Below, piece after piece: positions 19,728-29,470 of a DNA stretch of 64,000 nt. Below the pieces are notes generated by a model that was not told where the DNA came from, did not search any database, and saw only the letters and a program-made list of their open reading frames with translations. The stretch's first letter is position 1. Every line of letters starts with the position of its first letter. The position numbers were made by a program, and so were the translations under genes. Source of the stretch: Clostridia bacterium (GTDB taxonomy: Bacteria; Bacillota; Clostridia; Christensenellales; UBA1242); contig JAFXKG010000010.1 in NCBI GenBank assembly GCA_017531805.1, positions 14,227 to 78,226 on the forward strand, given 5' to 3'.

Positions 19728-20585
19728 TTATCCTAAAAATAGCGACATTTTGGCTTTAAAATTTGTAATTTTAACTAATGCAACGGTGTCAGATTGAGCA
19801 TTTATTTTATATGTTCCATCTGGCATATCAATAAACAATGTTTGTCCGTTCAATATCTTTGATAAATTGATATCATCAAGATTTAATGTTGTATATCCTA
19901 ACAATTCATCAACGGTAAGCAATTTATCGAAAATATTGTTTTTGTCAATTTCTTCAATGTTATGACAGTCTTTTAGTGTAAATTTGTCAACACTCTCTCT
20001 AACAAGACTTGTCATTGTGGCTAAAGAGTTTAATTTATAAGCGATGTCTCGTCCTACAGAACGAATATACGTGCCACTACCGCACTTGATTTGAATTTTT
20101 AAAACATTATTTTTAAAATTGATAATCTCAAGATTATGGATTTTTACTTTTTTACTTTTCAATTCAAACTCAATACCTTGTCTTGCCATATCGTATGCAC
20201 GTTTACCATCAATAGATTTTGCACTATATTTAGGTGGTATTTGGTCATATTCTCCAATAAAATAAGGCATAATTTGTTTGATATCTTCAATATTAGGGAT
20301 TATGTCTGTTTTATCTGTAATTTGACCTGTAGAGTCTAAAGTGTCAGTTTCGTATCCAAATTCAAATGTTGCTAAATAAGTTTTAGTTTTTTCTTGCATC
20401 AGGTCAAACAACTTGGTTGCTTTGCCAATGGTAACCATCAATACACCTGTTGCCATAGGATCAAGTGTGCCCAAATGACCAACTTTAAGTGGTTTTACCA
20501 TGTGTTTTATTTTGTTTACAACATCAAAACTTGTCCAACCTGCTGGTTTGTTGATTAAAATTATACCTTTATTCTTCATCATCAT
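19728..20585 (-). CDS. truB: tRNA pseudouridine(55) synthase
   Basis: GIILINKPAGWTSFDVV...VGHLGTLDPMATGVL. Confidence 0.9.
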   Translation of the reverse strand: MMMKNKGIILINKPAGWTSFDVVNKIKHMVKPLKVGHLGTLDPMATGVLMVTIGKATKLFDLMQEKTKTYLATFEFGYETDTLDSTGQITDKTDIIPNIEDIKQIMPYFIGEYDQIPPKYSAKSIDGKRAYDMARQGIEFELKSKKVKIHNLEIINFKNNVLKIQIKCGSGTYIRSVGRDIAYKLNSLATMTSLVRESVDKFTLKDCHNIEEIDKNNIFDKLLTVDELLGYTTLNLDDINLSKILNGQTLFIDMPDGTYKINAQSDTVALVKITNFKAKMSLFLG

Positions 20586-20937
20586 CTTCTTGTGTTGAAT
20601 AAGTAATATTCTTTAAAATGTTGTCAATTTTGCTAAAATATTCTTCCGAAGTATCAAGTCTGAAATCAAGTCTTGGTGTTATTCTAAGTTTAATACGCTT
20701 AGATAATTCTCCACGAATAAAACCAGCTGCACCTTTTATGCGTGCAATCACTTCGTCTGAAGATGTTTCTCCAAAAGAAGTGATATACACGCGTGCATTT
20801 GCCAAATCTGGTGTAATATCAACACTACTTACACTAATTATTGCGTTTATTTGCGGGTCTCTAAGTTCGTGGTCAATGATGTATGCAAGTTGATCTCTGA
20901 TTTCAGCATTGATCCTTTCTAGTCTTACATTTTTCAT
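20569..20937 (-). CDS. rbfA: Ribosome-binding factor A
   Basis: RLERINAEIRDQLAYII...DPQ...ISVSSVDITPDLANARVY; infB-rbfA-truB synteny. Confidence 0.9.
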   Translation of the reverse strand: MKNVRLERINAEIRDQLAYIIDHELRDPQINAIISVSSVDITPDLANARVYITSFGETSSDEVIARIKGAAGFIRGELSKRIKLRITPRLDFRLDTSEEYFSKIDNILKNITYSTQEDDDEE

Positions 20938-23498
20938 TATTCTTCTATCCTTTTAAGAGTATAGCACTCGATTCTATCTCCTGCTTGAATTTCGTCAAAT
21001 GGAGTTTTGATACCACATTCTCTATCCTTGCCAACTTCTTTAACATCGTCTTTTACAACTTTTAATGATTTAATTTCTGTTGTAGCAATAATTTCGTCTC
21101 CGCGATAAATTCTAACATGTTCGCCACGAACAATTTTACCATCTCTAACCATACAGCCTGCAACAATACCTGCATTTGATAATTTGAATACTGCAAGACA
21201 TTCTGCTCTGCCTAAGTAAACTTCTTCGTATTTTGGTTCTTTCATACCCTTAACAACGCGTTCGATTTCGTCTAGTAATTCATAGATGATTTTGTAAGAA
21301 TATATTTTCATTTTCATGCGTTCTGCAAGGGTTTTAACTTTGCTGTCTTGACCAATGTTAAAGGCAATTAACATAGCGTTTGATGCATTTGCAAGGATTA
21401 GGTCACTTTCACTGATTGCGCCTACACCACTATGCAAGATATTGATTTTAACTTCGTCATTAACAAGTTTCATAACTGATGCCTTGATTGCTTCAAGAGA
21501 TCCATGAACATCTGTTTTAAGTACAATATTAAGTATTTTCATATCCTTTTCGCTTGTTTTTTGCATTAAGTCTTCCAGCGTATTACCACCACTGCCTTTG
21601 ATAAGTTCTTCTTTTTGTTTTGCTTTTCTTTCTTCTACAATTTGTTTAGAAAGTTTTTCATCAACGGCTGTAAATGTTTCGCCTGCATTTGGTACTTCAT
21701 TAAAGCCAAGTACTGTAACTGGCATTGAAGGTGTAGCAACTTTAACTTGTTTGTTGTTTTCGTCTATCATTGCCTTGATTTTACATATAGAAGTACCTGA
21801 CACTATTGTGTCGCCAATATGCAATGAACCATCGCGCACAATCAAAGACGCAATAGCACCTTTACCTTTATCAAGTCTTGCTTCTAACAATGTACCCATA
21901 GCAGGGATATTTGGATTTGCTTTTAAATCTTGAACATCTGCAATAAGCAAGATTGTTTCAAGCAATTTGTCAATGCCTTCACCAGTGTGAGCAGATATTT
22001 TACAAATAATTGCGTCTCCGCCCCAAGCTTCTGGCAATACGTTGTGTTCTGCAAGTTGTTGCATAACTCTATCTGGATCTGCTTGTAATTTATCCATTTT
22101 GTTGATTGCAACAATCATAGGGATGTTTGCAGATTTGATGTGATTGATAGCTTCTACTGTTTGTGGCATAATGCCGTCATCTGCTGCAACAATCAAGATT
22201 GCAATATCAGTAACAGACGCACCACGAGCACGCATTGCTGTAAATGCCTCGTGTCCTGGTGTATCAATAAATGTAATTGATTTGTTTTCTACTTGTACTT
22301 TGTATGCACCAATAGCTTGAGTGATACCGCCCGCTTCTGCAGTTGTAACTTTTGTTTTTCTTATATAGTCCAATAAACTTGTTTTACCATGGTCAACGTG
22401 ACCCATGACAGTAACTATTGGCGGACGAGTAACAGCATCTGCCTCATCATAAGAGCGAAGATTTGTTTGTAGATCAAGCAATTTTTCTTCACTTGTTTTG
22501 TCAAGTTTTTGTTGCAATTCTATGCCCATATCAGACATTACCAACTCTGCAGTACCAAAATCTATTGTTGAGTTGATTGTAACCATCATGCCTAACAACA
22601 TAAACTTTTTGATAATTTCACTGACAGGTTTGCCACTTGCTTCTGACAAGATTTTGATTGTAATGTTGTCTGTTGTAATAATTGCTGGACCTTGTGGACG
22701 CTCTACTACTTGTACAGGAGTATCTTTCTTTTTGGTCCTTAATTTACGGTTTAAAATTCTATCTTCGTTTCCGTCTTCAATCATGCCACGTTTAAGAAGA
22801 TCACGCTTTGAGTATTGACGCTTCTCTTCGTATCTTTCACCATCTTTCTTTTTGTTAGCAAATGATCTTGTAGGACTTGCCGTAATGATAGGCTGTGCAT
22901 AGTTGATTGCAGGACGCTTGTTTTGATTATCCTTATTAAATGGTGGTTTTTGGCCTGGTTTAAAGTTTGGATTTTGTCTAAAGCCATTTTGTCCTTGATT
23001 AGGACGATTTTGATATGGTTGGCCAGGTCGATTGTTTTGATTAAATGGTCTGCGTTGTCCATTTTGATTGTTATAGGCACCATTTTGATTGTTGCGGTAA
23101 TTTGCATTTTGGAATTTGTTGTTAGGATTGTTATTTCTATTATTATAGTTGTTGCGGAAATTGTTTTGTTGTTGTATATTTTGTGTCTTATTTGGACGAT
23201 CAACAAAAGGTTTTTGAGCAACTTGTTCCTTAGGTTGTACAGGAGTAGTATCAACTTTTGGTTTTTCTGCAACTTCTGTTTTTGTTACAACTTCAACATC
23301 AGGTTTTACTGCTTTTGCCTTAGTTTCTTCAAGCAAAAGAGAGACTTCCTTATCCTTTGCAGATCTAGTAAGTCCAGTCATCTCAGTTTTAAGATGATAA
23401 AACTTTTCGGCAAGATTTATTATCACCTTGTCTTTAACCATTGATTGTAGTTGTTTTATTGCTCTGTTAAATTCTTGATTTTTGATTTCGTTAGCCAA
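20937..23498 (-). CDS. infB: Translation initiation factor IF-2 (N/Q-rich low-complexity N-terminal region)
   Basis: G domain [23 protein letters not shown]; C-terminal domains; nusA-ylxR-ylxQ-infB synteny. Confidence 0.95.
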   Translation of the reverse strand: MANEIKNQEFNRAIKQLQSMVKDKVIINLAEKFYHLKTEMTGLTRSAKDKEVSLLLEETKAKAVKPDVEVVTKTEVAEKPKVDTTPVQPKEQVAQKPFVDRPNKTQNIQQQNNFRNNYNNRNNNPNNKFQNANYRNNQNGAYNNQNGQRRPFNQNNRPGQPYQNRPNQGQNGFRQNPNFKPGQKPPFNKDNQNKRPAINYAQPIITASPTRSFANKKKDGERYEEKRQYSKRDLLKRGMIEDGNEDRILNRKLRTKKKDTPVQVVERPQGPAIITTDNITIKILSEASGKPVSEIIKKFMLLGMMVTINSTIDFGTAELVMSDMGIELQQKLDKTSEEKLLDLQTNLRSYDEADAVTRPPIVTVMGHVDHGKTSLLDYIRKTKVTTAEAGGITQAIGAYKVQVENKSITFIDTPGHEAFTAMRARGASVTDIAILIVAADDGIMPQTVEAINHIKSANIPMIVAINKMDKLQADPDRVMQQLAEHNVLPEAWGGDAIICKISAHTGEGIDKLLETILLIADVQDLKANPNIPAMGTLLEARLDKGKGAIASLIVRDGSLHIGDTIVSGTSICKIKAMIDENNKQVKVATPSMPVTVLGFNEVPNAGETFTAVDEKLSKQIVEERKAKQKEELIKGSGGNTLEDLMQKTSEKDMKILNIVLKTDVHGSLEAIKASVMKLVNDEVKINILHSGVGAISESDLILANASNAMLIAFNIGQDSKVKTLAERMKMKIYSYKIIYELLDEIERVVKGMKEPKYEEVYLGRAECLAVFKLSNAGIVAGCMVRDGKIVRGEHVRIYRGDEIIATTEIKSLKVVKDDVKEVGKDRECGIKTPFDEIQAGDRIECYTLKRIEE

Positions 23499-23511
23499 TA
23501 TTGATTTCTCC

Positions 23512-23796
23512 TTATAATTTACTTTGCTCTATAATCGCGTTGCCAAGACTTTCGTCCGTGATGGCAATAATTTTTAAATCATTAATATGTGTCATATCTT
23601 GCAAATTTTCTACAAGTATCAGTGCACAACCTTGTTTGCTAGCCACATTTGTTGCCAAATCCTTAAGATTTTGACTAGCAGTTGCATCTAGAAGTATGCA
23701 CATCATCTTTTGAGTTGTTCGTTTGATTAATGATTGACCTATAACTACTTTTTTTGCTTTTATTGCAAACCCTACATAACTTTTAATTTTGTTCAT
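23512..23796 (-). CDS. ylxQ: L7Ae-family RNA-binding protein YlxQ
   Basis: About 94 aa; GFAIKAKKVVIGQS; position between ylxR and infB. Confidence 0.75.
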   Translation of the reverse strand: MNKIKSYVGFAIKAKKVVIGQSLIKRTTQKMMCILLDATASQNLKDLATNVASKQGCALILVENLQDMTHINDLKIIAITDESLGNAIIEQSKL

Positions 23797-24037
23797 ATTC
23801 TCCTAACTTTACATACAACTCGCTGTCAATATTTGTTTTAAAAGCACGATTAAAAGCTCTCTTTTTTATTGCTAAATTAATACAATCTTTGTTTAGACAA
23901 ACATATGCACCACGACCACCTAATTTTTGTTTTTTATCAATGATATATTCATTGTCTATCTTTGCTACTCTAAGCAACTCTGATTGTTGTTTTGGTTCGC
24001 GACAGGCTACGCATCTACGCTCTTTTTTTGTATGCAT
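23783..24037 (-). CDS. ylxR: YlxR/RnpM (DUF448) RNA-binding protein
   Basis: RRCVACREPKQQSELLRV...GGRGAYVCLNKDC. Confidence 0.85.
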   Translation of the reverse strand: MHTKKERRCVACREPKQQSELLRVAKIDNEYIIDKKQKLGGRGAYVCLNKDCINLAIKKRAFNRAFKTNIDSELYVKLGEYEQN

Positions 24038-24052
24038 TGAGTCTCCTAATTA

Positions 24053-25177
24053 TTAGTCGATATCATCAAAGAAGTCATCATCCAAAATGATATTTGCTGT
24101 GCTTGCACTAACAACATCATTTGATTTGTTTTCAACTTGTTGTGCGCTTGTTGGTTTAACATCAATTTTATATCCAGTAAGTTTAGCTGCAAGTCTAACA
24201 TTGTGGCCACCTTTACCAATTGCAAGTGAAAGTTTGTTTTCTGGCACCAAAACGTTTGCAATGCCTGCTGCTGTGTCAACTGTAATTTCATTTACTTCTG
24301 CTGGACTAAGTGCTGCAACAATGAAATCTGCAGGATTTTCACTATGGTTGATTATATCGATTTTTTCTCCGTTTAATTCGTTAATTACAGAATTGATACG
24401 CGCACCTTTGTTACCGATGCAAGCACCAACTGCATCAAGATTTGGAACAGAAGTACTAACAGCAATTTTTGTTCTAAGACCAGCCTCTCTTGCGATACCA
24501 ACGATAGAAACATCGCCATTGTTAAGTTCTGGAACTTCCATTTCAAGCAATAATCTTACAAAATTTGGATGAGTACGAGTAACTTGTACAACTGCTCCAC
24601 GGAAATCGTCTTTAATATGACGAACATAAACTTTAACTCTATCGCCCGGACGCATGTTGTCGTTAGGCAACAAATCTTTTTTTGTTAGCAAGCCTTCAAG
24701 TGTTGTGCCACCAATTTCAAGATAAACATTATCAACATCGATACGCTTTACATTAGCAACAATCAACTTGCCTTCTTTTTCTGCAATGTCTTTAAAGATA
24801 GATTGTTTTTCAATTTCTTTAATTTTTTGAGTGATAACTTGTTTTGCAGTTTGAACAGCAATGCGGTTAAAGTCTTTTGTGCTTTCTTCTTGCATCACTT
24901 GGTCACCAACTTTATATGACTTTTTGATTTCTTTAGCTTCTGCAAGACTAATTTCCTTTTCTTCGTCTTCAACATCTTCAACTACTGTTCTGTAAGAATA
25001 GATTTTGATTGTGTTTTTTTCTGGATTAAGTTTAACTTGAGCATTGCGTGCCATACCGCTGTTTTTCTTATATGCTGCTGTCATTGCTTGCTCTAATGCT
25101 GCAATGAACACTTCTTCACTGATGCCTCTTTCTGCTTCTAAATCTTTTAATGCTTGGAAAAAATCTTTGTTTATCAT
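24053..25177 (-). CDS. nusA: Transcription termination/antitermination factor NusA
   Basis: N-terminal FFQALKDLEAERGIS, S1 domain, two KH domains (ACIGNKGARINSV, LAIGKGGHNVRLA). Confidence 0.95.
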   Translation of the reverse strand: MINKDFFQALKDLEAERGISEEVFIAALEQAMTAAYKKNSGMARNAQVKLNPEKNTIKIYSYRTVVEDVEDEEKEISLAEAKEIKKSYKVGDQVMQEESTKDFNRIAVQTAKQVITQKIKEIEKQSIFKDIAEKEGKLIVANVKRIDVDNVYLEIGGTTLEGLLTKKDLLPNDNMRPGDRVKVYVRHIKDDFRGAVVQVTRTHPNFVRLLLEMEVPELNNGDVSIVGIAREAGLRTKIAVSTSVPNLDAVGACIGNKGARINSVINELNGEKIDIINHSENPADFIVAALSPAEVNEITVDTAAGIANVLVPENKLSLAIGKGGHNVRLAAKLTGYKIDVKPTSAQQVENKSNDVVSASTANIILDDDFFDDID

Positions 25178-25190
25178 TTTTTACTTCTCC

Positions 25191-25649
25191 TTAAAATTCT
25201 ATATACGGCGTAATATATGCTACGTCTGCGCGTTTAATTGCAAAGTTTTGGTCATTTAAACTAAACATAAATTCATCTTCGTTGCTGTTAATTAAGATTG
25301 CAACAAATTCCTTTTTGTCGTCAACTTTATGATATAGTTTAACATTTACTTTTTTGCCTTCGTACTTTTTAAATTGCCAATCAAACTTAAGCGGTTTGTC
25401 AAGACCATAAGATGAAATGTCTAAATAATATGGTTGATTGCCTGTTGGATCAAGTTCTTCCAACTTATCGTCAATCAAGTGGTTGACTGCAACGCAATCA
25501 TCAATTGTAATGCCACCTTCTTTATCTATATAAATTATTAGGTGCATGCCATCATTTTTTTTGACATATTCTACATCAACAAGTTTAACGTCATTAACAA
25601 ATAGTGGTTTGATACCTTCAAATACTATTTCTGAAACTTTCATAAACAA
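25191..25649 (-). CDS. rimP: Ribosome maturation factor RimP
   Basis: Size and position immediately upstream of nusA; GMHLIIYIDKEGGITIDDC pattern. Confidence 0.85.
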   Translation of the reverse strand: MFMKVSEIVFEGIKPLFVNDVKLVDVEYVKKNDGMHLIIYIDKEGGITIDDCVAVNHLIDDKLEELDPTGNQPYYLDISSYGLDKPLKFDWQFKKYEGKKVNVKLYHKVDDKKEFVAILINSNEDEFMFSLNDQNFAIKRADVAYITPYIEF

Positions 25650-25700
25650 ATACTCCTTTATTTGATTGTAATTTAAAACTGAAGATTTTTTAAGTTTCCT

Positions 25701-25735
25701 TTTTAAAATTAATTAGGAGTGGCTGGGCCACTCCT
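25701..25735 (-). terminator. G+C-rich hairpin between the PolC-like gene and rimP (probable terminator)
   Basis: AGGAGTGGC-cca-GCCACTCCT 9-bp stem (25715-25735); the downstream tract AATTAATTTTAAAAA is only moderately T-rich. Confidence 0.5.
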
Positions 25736-25783
25736 AGTAATCTATTGTATTATAACACAGAAATTACAATTAATCAATACTTT

Positions 25784-27304
25784 TTACATTAATTTTATAA
25801 AAACTTTTGCTGTTGCTGTTGCATCATGTATTGCTCTGTGTGCGTTGTCTAATACTATGTTAAGTGCTTCCACCACGGTGCCTAACTTATAGTTTTTTAG
25901 TCCTGGCAGTTTGCGTTTTGCAATTTCTATAGTATCCATGTTTATGTGGTCAAAATTATAAGACAATTTTTTGGCAACTGCATGGATAAAAGAGATATCA
26001 AACGATATGTTGTGCGCAACCATAGTTGAACCATGACAAAACTTGAAAAAATCTGGCAACACATAATTAATTGTTGGTGCTTCTGCCACCATATTATCAT
26101 CAATACCAGTAAGTTCAGTGATTTCTTTTGGTATTTTTTTGCTTGGTTTTACAAATGTAGAGAAAGTTTCTTCTATCCTACCGTTTACTACTTTACATGC
26201 TCCAATTTCGATAATTTCTTCCTTATTTGCTTCTAGTCCAGTTGTTTCTAAGTCAAAAACGACATAAGAGCCTTCAATAACTTTATCTTCATCATCAAAA
26301 AGTTGGCTTTGTTCATAGTCTACAAACTTTTGCGGAAAAATTGTGTGATATTCTTCATTAACCTGCTTAAAAACTGATTTAATTTCTTCTCTTTTATATT
26401 TACACCTTGCGATTGATTGTGCAGTAAAGTTTAGCCTACCGTTAAAGTCTCTAAATGAACCAAAACAGCAAACTGGCATGCCTACTTCAATTAAATCTCC
26501 CTTAATTTCATCATGCTGTTTAGGGAAAATTGAACAATACATAACTTTATTATCATTTTTAATACTGAAGTTGTAAAATGTTCGGTTTATTTCTTTGCTT
26601 TCACCATTTTTTGTAATTGTCCTTTTATAAGACTTTTTTTGACAAGATGTAACATCTCCACAGATTACAACATTTTCTAAAACTGAGTTGACTTTTGTAT
26701 AATCAATTGCGAGAGTATATTCATTTTTGCCAATTATGTCTGCAATTTCTGATAGTTCATATACTGTTTTTTCTTCTGCTTCTTTTATGCTTGCCATAAG
26801 TTCCATATTGCTTTCGATTGAATTGCGTGCTTCAATTTCGTCCTCTTTCTTTGCAAATTCAACTTTAAAATCGGCAAAAAAACTATCTTTAAGTTTGTTT
26901 GATATAAGGTCTTCTCTATTTAAAGATTTGGCATATTCGTAACTAGAAGGTGCAAGTTTAAGTGTAACTGTCACAATCATATCTGTTATGTCAACTGCAA
27001 CATCGTCATATGTAAAACTTTTAGAAATTGCAGGGAAATTGTTTACTATTGTAGTATATGTATGGTTAGCGATAGAACGTTTGTCAAGCGGACAACTTGT
27101 AAATGATAAATCGTATTTAACAAAATCGCCTATTAAATCATTGATATTTTTTAGTAAGTCTTGCCTGATATCTTCGGTTGGTTTAAAGTTTTCTGGATTA
27201 TATAAAAAATTCATGATGCAGACATTATCCTTCTCTGTATATACTGCATCTTTAAATTTTAAACCTTTATATAAAGTGTCAAGTAATGATAATTTGTTTT
27301 CCAT
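25784..27304 (-). CDS. PolC-related protein: PolC-like N-terminal region + OB-fold + DEDDh 3'-5' exonuclease domain, with no PHP or polymerase domains (506 aa)
   Basis: Exo motifs YVVFDLETTGL, VAHNISFDISF and HRAIHDATATAKVF align closely with the PolC proofreading domain. Upstream is the OB-like VVICGDV...FGSFRDFNGRLNFTAQSI. The ORF stops 8 aa after ExoIII. Start trimmed to ATG 27304, because the track start 27466 overlaps rseP. Confidence 0.6.
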   Translation of the reverse strand: MENKLSLLDTLYKGLKFKDAVYTEKDNVCIMNFLYNPENFKPTEDIRQDLLKNINDLIGDFVKYDLSFTSCPLDKRSIANHTYTTIVNNFPAISKSFTYDDVAVDITDMIVTVTLKLAPSSYEYAKSLNREDLISNKLKDSFFADFKVEFAKKEDEIEARNSIESNMELMASIKEAEEKTVYELSEIADIIGKNEYTLAIDYTKVNSVLENVVICGDVTSCQKKSYKRTITKNGESKEINRTFYNFSIKNDNKVMYCSIFPKQHDEIKGDLIEVGMPVCCFGSFRDFNGRLNFTAQSIARCKYKREEIKSVFKQVNEEYHTIFPQKFVDYEQSQLFDDEDKVIEGSYVVFDLETTGLEANKEEIIEIGACKVVNGRIEETFSTFVKPSKKIPKEITELTGIDDNMVAEAPTINYVLPDFFKFCHGSTMVAHNISFDISFIHAVAKKLSYNFDHINMDTIEIAKRKLPGLKNYKLGTVVEALNIVLDNAHRAIHDATATAKVFIKLM

Positions 27305-27318
27305 TGCGTCATTATAAC

Positions 27319-27352
27319 AAAAAAAACTGAGAGTGTCAAGTTGACTCTCAGT
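27319..27352 (-). terminator. Intrinsic terminator after rseP
   Basis: Minus strand: ACTGAGAGT-(9 nt)-ACTCTCAGT followed by T8; the hairpin begins at the rseP stop codon. Confidence 0.7.
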
Positions 27353-28518
27353 TATAAAACAAATTGCAACACATCTATCACTATAACAAAACCCAACAAC
27401 GCAATCAAACCAATATTGTTGATAAGGTTGACTACATTTTGTTTTACTGGTTTTTTGCGTATCCACTCTATAGTTACAAAAATCATTTGAAAACCATCTA
27501 GTGCAGGTATTGGCAACAAGTTGAATACTGCAAGGTTGACAGCAATCAGTGGCAACAAAATCAATAGGTAATTTGCGCTTTGTTGAGTGTAAGATGCAAT
27601 CATGTTGATTGTTGTAACTGGACCACCCAATGAAGTAAGAGATAGTTGCCCTGTAATTAATTGACCAAATATTTTAAGCACTTTCCAAGCCCATTTGCAG
27701 GTAAATGGTATAGATTGTCCTAAAGCTTCACCAAAGCTGTATTTATAGGTTTTAAGAGCAAATTCCCCATTATCGTTTTCTGTATTAAGCAGAGACCATC
27801 CAGCATAATTGCCATCTGCGTCATATACAACATTTATATAAGCATCAACAACTAATGATTTGTCATCACGCTTTACATCAAATTTTATATTGCCTTTTTT
27901 TAGATAAAATGTTTTTCCATCTTTTGTGTACGAATAATCGTTATTATCAACAATATCGTCTGCTTTTGCGTATCTAACCATCAAATCTTCAGTGATAAGC
28001 ACACTCATAAATTCGTCATCAACAAAATCAATTTTGTTGCCGTTTACACCAGTGATTACATCCCCAGCATACATGACATTATAATTTATTGATTGCGGTG
28101 CCACAGATTTAATTTGTACATAATCATAGCCACTGCTTACAAGCAAAATAAATGAAAATATAATTGCGCTAAGGAAATTGAAAAATGCCCCACAAAATAG
28201 CACAATCAAGCGTTTCCAAGGCTTTTGTTTGTTAAATGCATCTGGTGATGGATTTTCGTCTTCTCCTTCCCCTTCAAAAGCACAATAACCACCTAAAGGA
28301 AAGGCTCTAAGGCTGATAAGTTCACCATTTTTCTTCTTTTTTTGTAAGATTTTAGGACCAAAACCAACGCTAAATTCATTAATCTTAAATTTAAGAATTT
28401 TACCTGCAACATAATGACCTAATTCATGTATAAGCACCATGAATAATAAAACAAGAATGGCTATACCAATATAGCCAATATAAGTAAATATTTTTGATAC
28501 GCTTAATAAATTAGACAT
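27352..28518 (-). CDS. rseP: RIP site-2 metalloprotease RseP/RasP (M50)
   Basis: HELGHYVAGK zinc motif in TM1; internal PDZ-like region; C-terminal NLLPIPALDG. Confidence 0.85.
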   Translation of the reverse strand: MSNLLSVSKIFTYIGYIGIAILVLLFMVLIHELGHYVAGKILKFKINEFSVGFGPKILQKKKKNGELISLRAFPLGGYCAFEGEGEDENPSPDAFNKQKPWKRLIVLFCGAFFNFLSAIIFSFILLVSSGYDYVQIKSVAPQSINYNVMYAGDVITGVNGNKIDFVDDEFMSVLITEDLMVRYAKADDIVDNNDYSYTKDGKTFYLKKGNIKFDVKRDDKSLVVDAYINVVYDADGNYAGWSLLNTENDNGEFALKTYKYSFGEALGQSIPFTCKWAWKVLKIFGQLITGQLSLTSLGGPVTTINMIASYTQQSANYLLILLPLIAVNLAVFNLLPIPALDGFQMIFVTIEWIRKKPVKQNVVNLINNIGLIALLGFVIVIDVLQFVL

Positions 28519-28562
28519 ATTTATTTAAATGATATTCAAAAAATTAAATATTTATTCTTGTT

Positions 28563-29468
28563 TTATAAAGTTATAATTATTAAAGATACAAAAACAAATG
28601 CGGTAACAAAAGTCATAGCATCAATTCTGTCCAACATGCCCCCATGACCAGGGAAAATTGAACCACTGTCTTTAATATTTGCTATACGCTTTAATTTGCT
28701 TTCAAACAAATCACCGCATTGTCCCAAAACTGATGCCACAGCACCAATAATTAAGAAATGCCACCATGCAAGGCTGTATTGTGTAAGCACAACTGACCAT
28801 GAATTAACATTGTAAATAATCAAGTATACCAACATAGAGCCTGCAATACCGCCAAGCAATCCGCCTACCGCCCCACTAATTGTTTTGTTAGGACTAATTT
28901 TTGGTGCAAGTTTAGGACCTTTAAATGTTCTACCAACAAGATAAGCAAATGTATCTGTCAAATAAGTTATGACAAAAATCATGATAATAAATGCCATAGA
29001 TAAATTTACAATACCAGTATAAGCATCAATATGGTTAATTAAAAGCATTAAACAGAATAAAAAACCTGGATATATGCACACAATCATGCTATTGAGAGTT
29101 GTTTTTGTATTTTGTTTTAGTCCTTGTGTTTTTTCTACAAAGATTTGTGATAACCATATGATAAAAAAGTATACAACTAGACTACCCAACTCTATTAATG
29201 GTAGATATGCAAAGTTGATTGTATTACCTTCTGCGCAAATCAGCAAAATAATATAGTTAAAAATGCCATACATAGATGCAAAATATTTATTTGTTTTTTT
29301 GCCGCATTTTTCCATTATGTTGCACATTTCAAAACCTGCAACAATTGCAATACAAAGCACGAAAATATCAAATATATAAGTACCTATAGAAAATGGCAAA
29401 AACTTGCTGACAATAGCAAGAACAGTTGCCAAAACAATGTAAATACTTGTTTTAAATCTTTCCTTCAT
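28563..29468 (-). CDS. cdsA: Phosphatidate cytidylyltransferase
   Basis: Polytopic; C-terminal signature SKLKRIANIKDSGSIFPGHGGMLDRIDA. Confidence 0.85.
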   Translation of the reverse strand: MKERFKTSIYIVLATVLAIVSKFLPFSIGTYIFDIFVLCIAIVAGFEMCNIMEKCGKKTNKYFASMYGIFNYIILLICAEGNTINFAYLPLIELGSLVVYFFIIWLSQIFVEKTQGLKQNTKTTLNSMIVCIYPGFLFCLMLLINHIDAYTGIVNLSMAFIIMIFVITYLTDTFAYLVGRTFKGPKLAPKISPNKTISGAVGGLLGGIAGSMLVYLIIYNVNSWSVVLTQYSLAWWHFLIIGAVASVLGQCGDLFESKLKRIANIKDSGSIFPGHGGMLDRIDAMTFVTAFVFVSLIIITL

Positions 29469-29470
29469 TT

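Noticed and set aside
22781-23444. Long alternative-frame and antisense ORFs (163 aa and 173 aa) inside infB.
   Set aside because: They are produced by the repetitive AAT/CAA-rich region that encodes the IF-2 N/Q tract. Their translations are low-complexity, so they give no evidence of overlapping genes.
24046-24572. ORFs 24046-24291(-) and 24087-24572(+) overlapping nusA.
   Set aside because: They are alternate-frame or antisense to a well-supported nusA and have no start signals.
25741-25770. TGTTATAAT box on the minus strand between the PolC-like gene and rimP.
   Set aside because: It lies upstream of the G+C-rich hairpin that looks like the terminator of the preceding gene. No convincing -35 is present, and in this AT-rich DNA such boxes occur by chance.
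27305-27466. N-terminal extensions given by the ORF track for several genes: PolC-like to 27466, uppS to 30313, hslU to 39629, trmFO to 41524, ylxM to 53957, ftsY to 55369, smc to 59165, rpsT from 5553, and the 32638 and 51216 starts.
   Set aside because: The extensions overlap the upstream gene or consist of junk sequence. Internal starts match homologue N-termini, and most have a proper RBS.
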